Virus record (IMG/VR): IMGVR_UViG_2700989365_000006
Origin: a virus
Taxonomy: Duplodnaviria; Heunggongvirae; Uroviricota; Caudoviricetes
DNA: 39,001 bases
Strand: one strand, 5' to 3'
Positions 27,291 to 39,001 of the stretch are shown piece by piece; positions within the stretch are counted from its first letter, which is position 1; each line of letters starts with the position of its first letter. A program made the translations under genes and the position numbers. A model generated the notes under the pieces. The model did not search any database. It was not told where the DNA came from and saw nothing but the letters and a program-made list of their open reading frames with translations.

Positions 27291-27988
27291 TGCAGGACAT
27301 ACAACAGGAAACGCTGAATGAATGCATTCGTGCGGAGCAGTCGGCCAGCGTGGTGCTCTGGGAAATCGATCTGACAGAGGTCGGTGGAGAACGTTATTTT
27401 TTCTGTAATGAGCAGAACGAAAAAGGTGAGCCGGTCACCTGGCAGGGGCGACAGTATCAGCCGTATCCCATTCAGGGGAGTGGTTTTGAACTGAATGGCA
27501 AAGGCACCAGTACGCGCCCCACGCTGATGGTTTCTAACCTGTACGGTATGGTCACCGGGATGGCGGAAGATCTACAGAGTCTGGTCGGCGGAACGGTGGT
27601 CCGGCGTAAGGTTTACGCCCGTTTTCTGGATGCGGTGAACTTCGTCAACGGAAACAGTGACGCCGATCCGGAGCAGGAGGTGATCAGCCGCTGGCGCATT
27701 GAGCAGTGCAGCGAACTGAGCGCGGTGAGTGCCTCTTTTGTACTGTCCACGCCGACGGAAACAGATGGCGCTGTTTTTCCGGGACGTATCATGCTGGCCA
27801 ACACCTGCACCTGGACCTATCGCGGCGATGAGTGCGGTTATCACGGTCCGGCGGTCGCGGATGAATATGACCAGCCAACGTCCGACATCACGAAGGATAA
27901 ATGCAGCAAATGCCTGAGCGGTTGTAAGTTCCGCAATAACGTCGGCAACTTTGGCGGCTTCCTTTCCATTAACAAACTTTCGCAGTAA
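27290..27988 (+). CDS. L: minor tail protein L
   Basis: 232 aa, near-identical to lambda gpL as recalled (MQDI.QETLNEC.RAEQSASVVLWEIDLTEVGGERYFFCNEQNEKGEPVTWQGRQY…), with C-terminal Cys cluster. Confidence 0.9.
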   Translation: MQDIQQETLNECIRAEQSASVVLWEIDLTEVGGERYFFCNEQNEKGEPVTWQGRQYQPYPIQGSGFELNGKGTSTRPTLMVSNLYGMVTGMAEDLQSLVGGTVVRRKVYARFLDAVNFVNGNSDADPEQEVISRWRIEQCSELSAVSASFVLSTPTETDGAVFPGRIMLANTCTWTYRGDECGYHGPAVADEYDQPTSDITKDKCSKCLSGCKFRNNVGNFGGFLSINKLSQ

Positions 27989-27993
27989 ATCCC

Positions 27994-28391
27994 ATGACAG
28001 AGACAGAATCAGCGATTCTGGCGCACGCCCGGCGATGTGCGCCAGCGGAGTCGTGCGGCTTCGTGGTGAGAACACCGGAGGGGGAAAGATATTTTCCCTG
28101 CGTGAATATTTCCGGTGAGCCGGAGGAGTATTTCCGGATGGCTCCGGAGGACTGGCTGCAGGCAGAGATGCAGGGTGAGATTGTGGCGCTGGTCCACAGC
28201 CACCCCGGTGGTCTGCCCTGGCTGAGTGAGGCCGACCGGCGGCTGCAGGTGCAGAGTGATTTGTCGTGGTGGCTGGTCTGCCGCGGGGCGATTCACAAGT
28301 TCCGCTGTGTGCCGCATCTCACCGGGCGGCGCTTTGAGCACGGGGTGACGGACTGTTACACGCTGTTCCGGGATGCTTACCATCTGGCGGG
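27994..28391 (+). CDS. K: tail protein K, N-terminal part (copy 1, interrupted at the N junction 28392)
   Basis: Matches lambda gpK N-terminus (MTETESAILAHARRCAPAESCGFVV…VALVHSHPGG…); the sequence jumps back into L after the N at 28392. Confidence 0.7.
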
Positions 28392-28392
28392 N

Positions 28393-29236
28393 ATGGTCAC
28401 CGGGATGGCGGAAGATCTACAGAGTCTGGTCGGCGGAACGGTGGTCCGGCGTAAGGTTTACGCCCGTTTTCTGGATGCGGTGAACTTCGTCAACGGAAAC
28501 AGTGACGCCGATCCGGAGCAGGAGGTGATCAGCCGCTGGCGCATTGAGCAGTGCAGCGAACTGAGCGCGGTGAGTGCCTCTTTTGTACTGTCCACGCCGA
28601 CGGAAACAGATGGCGCTGTTTTTCCGGGACGTATCATGCTGGCCAACACCTGCACCTGGACCTATCGCGGCGATGAGTGCGGTTATCACGGTCCGGCGGT
28701 CGCGGATGAATATGACCAGCCAACGTCCGACATCACGAAGGATAAATGCAGCAAATGCCTGAGTGGCTGTAAGTTTCGCAATAACGTCGGCAACTTTGGC
28801 GGCTTCCTTTCCATTAACAAACTTTCGCAGTAAATCCCATGACAGAGACAGAATCAGCGATTCTGGCGCACGCCCGGCGATGTGCTCCAGCGGAGTCGTG
28901 CGGCTTCGTGGTAAGAACGCCGGAGGGGGAAAGATATTTCCCCTGCGTGAATATCTCCGGTGAGCCGGAGGCGTATTTCCGTATGTCGCCGGAAGACTGG
29001 CTGCAGGCAGAGATGCAGGGTGAGATTGTGGCACTGGTCCACAGCCACCCCGGTGGTCTGCCCTGGCTGAGTGAGGCCGACCGGCGGCTGCAGGTGCAGA
29101 GTGATTTGTCGTGGTGGCTGGTCTGCCGCGGGGCGATTCACAAGTTCCGCTGTGTGCCGCATCTCACCGGGCGGCGCTTTGAGCACGGGGTGACGGACTG
29201 TTACACGCTGTTCCGGGACGCTTACCATCTGGCGGG
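28393..29236 (+). repeat. divergent duplicate of 27548-28391 (3-prime L plus 5-prime K), joined at N 28392
   Basis: Restarts at ATGGTCACCGGGATGGCGGAAGATC (same as 27548). The copies differ at scattered positions (for example EEYFRMAPEDW versus EAYFRMSPEDW in K), so they are different alleles. Confidence 0.85.
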
Positions 29237-29550
29237 AATTGAGATGCCAGATTTTCATCGTGAGGACGACTGGTGGCGTAATGGTCAGAATCTCTATCTG
29301 GATAATCTGGAGGCTACAGGGCTGTATCAGGTGCCGTTGTCAACGGCGCAGCCGGGCGATGTGCTGCTGTGCTGTTTTGGTTCATCGGTGCCGAATCATG
29401 CCGCCATTTACTGTGGTGACGGCGAGCTGCTGCACCATATTCCTGAACAACTGAGTAAACGAGAGAGGTACACCGACAAATGGCAGCGACGCACACACTC
29501 CCTCTGGCGTCACCGGGCATGGCACGCATCTGCCTTTACGGGGATTTGCA
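28839..29550 (+). CDS. K: tail protein K (copy 2, second allele; interrupted by the N at 29551)
   Basis: Matches lambda gpK through …RAWHASAFTGIC; the next base is N, then the sequence re-enters K at EIVALVHSHPGG. Confidence 0.7.
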
Positions 29551-29551
29551 N

Positions 29552-30080
29552 GAGATTGTGGCACTGGTCCACAGCCACCCCGGTGGTCTGCCCTGGCTGA
29601 GTGAGGCCGACCGGCGGCTGCAGGTGCAGAGTGATTTGCCGTGGTGGCTGGTCTGCCGGGGGGCGATTCACAAGTTCCGCTGTGTGCCACATCTTACCGG
29701 GCGGCGCTTTGAGCACGGGGTGACGGACTGTTACACGCTGTTCCGGGATGCTTACCATCTGGCGGGGATTGAGATGCCGGATTTTCATCGTGAGGATGAC
29801 TGGTGGCGTCACGGTCAGAATCTCTATCTGGATAATCTGGAGGCCACAGGGCTGTATCAGGTGCCGTTGTCAGCGGCGCAGCCGGGCGATGTGCTGCTGT
29901 GCTGTTTTGGTTCATCGGTGCCGAATCATGCCGCCATTTACTGTGGTGACGGCGAGCTGCTGCACCATATTCCTGAACAACTGAGCAAACGAGAGAGGTA
30001 TACCGACAAATGGCAGCGACGCACACACTCCCTCTGGCGTCACCGGGCATGGCACGCATCTGCCTTTACGGGGATTTGCA
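29552..30080 (+). repeat. duplicate of K internal segment 29022-29550, joined at N 29551
   Basis: GAGATTGTGGCACTGGTCCACAGCCACCCCGG recurs. Only this third copy continues through the K stop (30112, …GICNDLAAASTFV*) into I. Confidence 0.85.
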
Positions 30081-30657
30081 ACGATTTGGCCGCCGCATCG
30101 ACCTTCGTGTGAAAACGGGGGCCGAAGCCATCCGGGCACTGGCCACACAGCTCCCGGCATTTCGTCAGAAACTGAGCGACGGCTGGTATCAGGTGCGCAT
30201 TGCCGGGCGTGATGCAGGCGAAAATGAATTATCTGCCCGTCTTAATGAACCGCTGGCAAATGGTGCCGTGATCCACATCGTTCCGCGTCTGGCGGGTGCC
30301 AAAAGTGGCGGTGTGTTTCAGGCGGTGCTGGGTGCGGCGCTGATTGCGGTGGCATGGTGGAACCCTGTGGGCTGGCTGGGGGCCGCGGCTGTATCGGGTA
30401 TGTATGCAGCAGGGGCCAGTATGATCCTGGGTGGTGTGGCGCAGATGCTGGCACCGAAAGCCAGGACGCCCACGGCAGCCAGTACAGATAACGGCAAACA
30501 GAACACGTATTTCTCGTCACTGGATAACATGGTTGCCCAGGGTAATGTTCTGCCTGTTCTGTACGGGGAAATGCGCGTGGGGTCACGTGTGGTTTCTCAG
30601 GAGATCAGCACGGCAGACGAAGGGGACGGTGGTCAGGTTGTGGTGATTGGTCGCTGA
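30010..30657 (+). CDS. I: tail assembly protein I
   Basis: 215 aa; N- and C-termini match lambda gpI as recalled (MAATHTLPLASPGMARICLYGDLQRFGRRIDLRVKTGAEAIRALATQLP… …NTYFSSLDNMVAQGNVLPVLYGEMRVGSRVVSQEISTADEGDGGQVVVIGR). Overlaps the K 3-prime end as in lambda. Confidence 0.85.
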   Translation: MAATHTLPLASPGMARICLYGDLQRFGRRIDLRVKTGAEAIRALATQLPAFRQKLSDGWYQVRIAGRDAGENELSARLNEPLANGAVIHIVPRLAGAKSGGVFQAVLGAALIAVAWWNPVGWLGAAAVSGMYAAGASMILGGVAQMLAPKARTPTAASTDNGKQNTYFSSLDNMVAQGNVLPVLYGEMRVGSRVVSQEISTADEGDGGQVVVIGR

Positions 30658-30717
30658 TGCAAAATGTTTTATGAGAAACCGCCTGCGGGCGGTTTTGTCG
30701 TTTATGGAGCGTGAGGA

Positions 30718-33165
<2,448 letters not shown>

Positions 33166-33166
33166 N

Positions 33167-33969
33167 TGGGAGACGGCGACAGAGCTTGTGGAGGATACGC
33201 AGGCCATTGTCCGTTACGGTCGTAACGTCACGAAGATGGATGCCTTTGGCTGTACCAGCCGGGGGCAGGCACACCGCGCCGGGCTGTGGCTGATTAAAAC
33301 GGAACTGCTGGAGACGCAGACCGTGGATTTCAGCGTGGGTGCTGAAGGGCTTCGTCATGTACCGGGCGATGTCATTGAAATCTGCGATGATGACTATGCC
33401 GGTATCCGCACCGGCGGGCGCGTGCTGGCGGTGAACAGCCAGACCCGGACGCTGACGCTCGACCGTGAAATCACGCTGCCATCCTCCGGTACCATGCTGA
33501 TAAGCCTGGTTGACGGAAGTGGCAATCCGGTCAGCGTGGAGGTTCAGTCCGTCACCGACGGCGTGAAGGTGAAAGTGAGCCGTGTTCCTGACGGCGTTGC
33601 TGAATACAGCGTGTGGGGGCTGAAGCTGCCGACGTTGCGCCAGCGCCTGTTCCGCTGTGTGAGTATCCGTGAGAACGATGACGGCACGTATGCCATCACT
33701 GCCGTGCAGCATGTACCGGAAAAAGAAGCCATCGTGGATAACGGGGCGCACTTTGACGGCGACCAGAGCGGCACGGTGAATGGTGTCACGCCGCCAGCGG
33801 TGCAGCACCTGACTGCCGAAGTCACCGCAGACAGCGGGGAATATCAGGTGCTGGCGCGCTGGGACACGCCGAAGGTGGTGAAGGGGGTGAGCTTTATGCT
33901 TCGCCTGACCGTGGCAGCGGATGACGGCAGTGAGCGGCTGGTCAGCACGGCCCGGACGACGGAAACCAC
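33167..33969 (+). CDS. J: J internal fragment (re-copy of J from 31933), bounded by N 33166 and the N-run 33970-33980
   Basis: Restarts at TGGGAGACGGCGACAGAGCTTGTGGAG, equivalent to 31933 onward. Confidence 0.6.
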
Positions 33970-33980
33970 NNNNNNNNNNN

Positions 33981-34677
33981 GGTGAACAGCCAGACCCGGA
34001 CGCTGACGCTCGACCGTGAAATCACGCTGCCATCCTCCGGCACCACGCTGATAAGCCTGGTTGACGGGCAGGGGAATCCGGTCAGCGTGGAGGTCCAGTC
34101 CGTCACCGACGGCGTGAAGGTAAAAGTGAGCCGTGTTCCTGACGGTGTTGCTGAATACAGCGTGTGGGGGCTGAAGCTGCCGACGCTGCACCAGCGATTG
34201 TTCCGCTGCGTGAGTATCCGTGAGAACGACGACGGCACGTATGCCATCACCGCCGTGCAGCATGTGCCGGAAAAAGAAGCCATCGTGGATAACGGGGCGC
34301 ACTTTGACGGCGACCAGAGCGGCACGGTGAATGGTGTCACGCCGCCAGCGGTGCAGCACCTGACTGCCGAAGTCACCGCAGACAGCGGGGAATATCAGGT
34401 GCTGGCGCGCTGGGACACGCCGAAGGTGGTGAAGGGCGTGAGCTTCCTGCTCCGTCTGACCGTAACAGCGGATGACGGCAGTGAGCGGCTGGTCAGCACG
34501 GCCCGGACGACGGAAACCACTTACCGCTTCACACAACTGGCGCTGGGGAACTACAGGCTGACAGTCCGGGCAGTAAATGCGTGGGGGCAGCAGGGCGATC
34601 CGGCGTCGGTATCGTTCCGGATTGCCGCACCGGCAGCGCTGTCGCGGATTGAGCTGACGCCGGGCTATTTTCAGATA
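33981..34677 (+). CDS. J: J internal fragment, allele A (…[13 protein letters not shown]…[10 protein letters not shown]…)
   Basis: Overlaps the same J interval as 32196-32893 but with the lambda-like substitutions; bounded by Ns. Confidence 0.6.
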
Positions 34678-34678
34678 N

Positions 34679-35882
<1,204 letters not shown>

Positions 35883-35883
35883 N

Positions 35884-37799
35884 CTCGACCGTGAAATCAC
35901 GCTGCCATCCTCCGGCACCACGCTGATAAGCCTGGTTGACGGGCAGGGGAATCCGGTCAGCGTGGAGGTCCAGTCCGTCACCGACGGCGTGAAGGTAAAA
36001 GTGAGCCGTGTTCCTGACGGTGTTGCTGAATACAGCGTGTGGGGGCTGAAGCTGCCGACGCTGCACCAGCGATTGTTCCGCTGCGTGAGTATCCGTGAGA
36101 ACGACGACGGCACGTATGCCATCACCGCCGTGCAGCATGTGCCGGAAAAAGAAGCCATCGTGGATAACGGGGCGCACTTTGACGGCGACCAGAGCGGCAC
36201 GGTGAATGGTGTCACGCCGCCAGCGGTGCAGCACCTGACTGCCGAAGTCACCGCAGACAGCGGGGAATATCAGGTGCTGGCGCGCTGGGACACGCCGAAG
36301 GTGGTGAAGGGCGTGAGCTTCCTGCTCCGTCTGACCGTAACAGCGGATGACGGCAGTGAGCGGCTGGTCAGCACGGCCCGGACGACGGAAACCACTTACC
36401 GCTTCACACAACTGGCGCTGGGGAACTACAGGCTGACAGTCCGGGCAGTAAATGCGTGGGGGCAGCAGGGCGATCCGGCGTCGGTATCGTTCCGGATTGC
36501 CGCACCGGCAGCGCTGTCGCGGATTGAGCTGACGCCGGGCTATTTTCAGATAACTGCCACGCCGCATCTTGCGGTTTATGATCCGACGGTACAGTTTGAG
36601 TTCTGGTTCTCGGAAACGCGGATTACCGATATCAGGCAGGTTGAAACCACAGCCCGCTACCTTGGCGCGGGGCTGTACTGGATAGCCGCCAGTATCAATA
36701 TCAAACCGGGCCATGATTATTACTTTTATATCCGCAGTGTGAACACCGTTGGCAAATCGGCATTCGTGGAGGCTGTTGGTCAGCCGAGTGATGATGCATC
36801 CGGTTATCTGGATTTTTTCAAAGGCGAGATAGGGAAAACCCATCTGGCTCAGGAGCTGTGGACGCAGATTGATAACGGTCAGCTTGCGCCTGACCTGGCT
36901 GAAATCAGGACGTCCATTACGGATGTCAGCAATGAAATCACGCAGACCGTCAATAAGAAACTGGAAGACCAGAGTGCGGCAATTCAGCAGATACAGAAGG
37001 TTCAGGTTGATACAAATAATAACCTGAACAGCATGTGGGCTGTGAAGCTGCAGCAGATGCAGGACGGACGCCTTTATATCGCGGGTATTGGTGCCGGTAT
37101 TGAGAACACCCCTGACGGCATGCAGAGTCAGGTGCTGCTGGCGGCGGACAGGATTGCGATGGTTAATCCTGCGAATGGCAACACAAAACCGATGTTTGTT
37201 GGTCAGGGCGATCAGATATTCATGAACGACGTGTTCCTGAAACGCCTGACGGCCCCCACCATTACCAGCGGTGGAAATCCATCGGCATTTTCCCTGACTC
37301 CGGACGGAAAGCTGACCGCTAAAAATGCGGATATCAGTGGCAGTGTGAATGCGAACGCCGGGACGCTCAACAATGTCACGGTAAATGAAAACTGTACGAT
37401 TAAGGGCATGCTGGAGGCGACTCAGGTCAGAGGTGACTTCGTTAAAGCTGTATCCAAATCATTTCCGAAACAGGCTGGTACGTGGGGTAACACGGAAACA
37501 CCAAACGGGACGGTTACAGTCACCATAAGCGATGATCATAACTTTGACCGCCAGATTATTATTCCGCCCATTATTTTTAACGGTATAGCGTATGACGATC
37601 CGGGGAGCGGAAATAACCCAGGAGGCACGCGATACACGGGTTATGGTTTTGAAGTTCGCAAAAACGGCGTATTAATCGCATCCAGAGAAACTAAAGGTGC
37701 CATTCCCGGTAGTTACAGTGCAGTTATTGATATGCCTAGTGGTGGTGGTAGCGTCACTCTGGAGTTTAAGATTTTCCAGAAAGGCAATCAGGGGGCAGG
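35884..37799 (+). CDS. J: J fragment, allele A with a C-terminal receptor-binding region variant (…[24 protein letters not shown]… …[20 protein letters not shown]…)
   Basis: Bounded by N 35883 and N 37800; no stop codon reached. Confidence 0.6.
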
Positions 37800-37800
37800 N

Positions 37801-39001
37801 AAGGGCGTGAGCTTCCTGCTCCGTCTGACCGTAACAGCGGATGACGGCAGTGAGCGGCTGGTCAGCACGGCCCGGACGACGGAAACCACTTACCGCTTCA
37901 CACAACTGGCGCTGGGGAACTACAGGCTGACAGTCCGGGCAGTAAATGCGTGGGGGCAGCAGGGCGATCCGGCGTCGGTATCGTTCCGGATTGCCGCACC
38001 GGCAGCGCTGTCGCGGATTGAGCTGACGCCGGGCTATTTTCAGATAACCGCCACGCCGCATCTTGCGGTTTATGATCCGACGGTACAGTTTGAGTTCTGG
38101 TTCTCGGAAAAGCGGATTGCGGATATCAGGCAGGTTGAAACCACAGCACGCTATCTTGGCACGGCGCTGTACTGGATAGCCGCCAGTATCAATATCAAAC
38201 CGGGCCATGATTATTACTTTTATATCCGCAGTGTGAACACCGTTGGCAAATCGGCATTCGTGGAGGCCGTCGGTCGGGCGAGCGATGATGCGGAAGGTTA
38301 CCTGGATTTTTTCAAAGGCAAGATAACCGAATCCCATCTCGGTAAAGAGCTGCTGGAAAAAGTTGATCTGACGGAGGATAACGCCAGCAGACTGGATGAG
38401 TTTTCGAAAGAGTGGAAGGACGCTAACGATAAATGGAATGCGATGTGGGGCGTCAAAATTGAGCAGACCAAAGACGGCAAACATTATGTCGCGGGTATTG
38501 GCCTCAGCATGGAGGACACGGAGGAAGGCAAGCTGAGCCAGTTTCTGGTTGCCGCCAATCGTATCGCGTTTATTGACCCGGCAAACGGGAATGAAACGCC
38601 GATGTTTGTGGCGCAGGGCAACCAGATATTCATGAACGACGTGTTCCTGAAGCGCCTGACAGCCCCCGCCATTACCAGCGGTGGCAGTCCTCCGGTATTT
38701 TCCCTGACATCAGACGGAAAGCTGACCGCTAAAAATGCGGATATCAGTGGTAGTGTGAATGCGAACTCAGGAACGCTCAACAATGTCACGATTAACCAGA
38801 ACTGTACGATTAAGGGCATGCTGGAGGCGACCCAGGTCAGAGGGGATTTCGTTAAAGCTGTATCAAAAGCCTTCCCGAAAAAAGTCGGTACGTGGGGTAA
38901 CACGGAAACACCAGACGGTACGGTTACAGTCACCATCAGCGATGATCATAACTTTGACCGCCAGATTATTATTCCGCCCATTATTTTTAACGGTATAGCG
39001 T
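37801..39001 (+). CDS. J: J fragment, third C-terminal variant (…[14 protein letters not shown]… …[45 protein letters not shown]…), partial at the window end
   Basis: Starts after N 37800 inside the J repeat and runs to the window edge without a stop. Confidence 0.6.

Overview
This window is a mosaic lambdoid Escherichia-type prophage segment, almost entirely on the + strand, running from the end of the early (nin) region into the tail genes. All family assignments below come from reading the translations against remembered sequences and motifs; no database search was run. In order: (1) nin-region genes (hypothetical HTH-like protein, DUF1367, YbcO-like DUF1364, Q-like late antiterminator) followed by a tR'-like terminator; an AT-rich two-gene cargo operon (673-2712) and a convergent YeaR-like DUF1971 gene carrying an NsrR-like operator sit inside this region. 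(2) A Q-proximal moron island with two tandem lipoproteins whose C-termini resemble TolA domain III. (3) A phage-21-type lysis cassette (dual-start pinholin, SAR endolysin, Rz with embedded Rz1) followed by a trkG potassium-transporter moron, as in the Rac prophage. (4) ParB-like nuclease-domain protein, a GT2-like glycosyltransferase, small and large terminase, portal, Mu-F-like head morphogenesis protein, scaffold, major capsid, head-tail joining proteins, tail tube, G/GT frameshift chaperone and tape measure. (5) Lambda-like tail tip genes M, L, K, I, J. From 28392 to the window end the sequence is a chain of overlapping, slightly divergent copies of L/K/J segments joined at N characters, most likely an assembly artefact from several related prophages, so gene structure there should not be trusted. 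The two strongest candidates for undescribed biology are the 673-2712 operon (HEPN-like Rx4H protein plus a partner with a GNAT-like motif) and the TolA-III-like lipoprotein pair (6958-7932).
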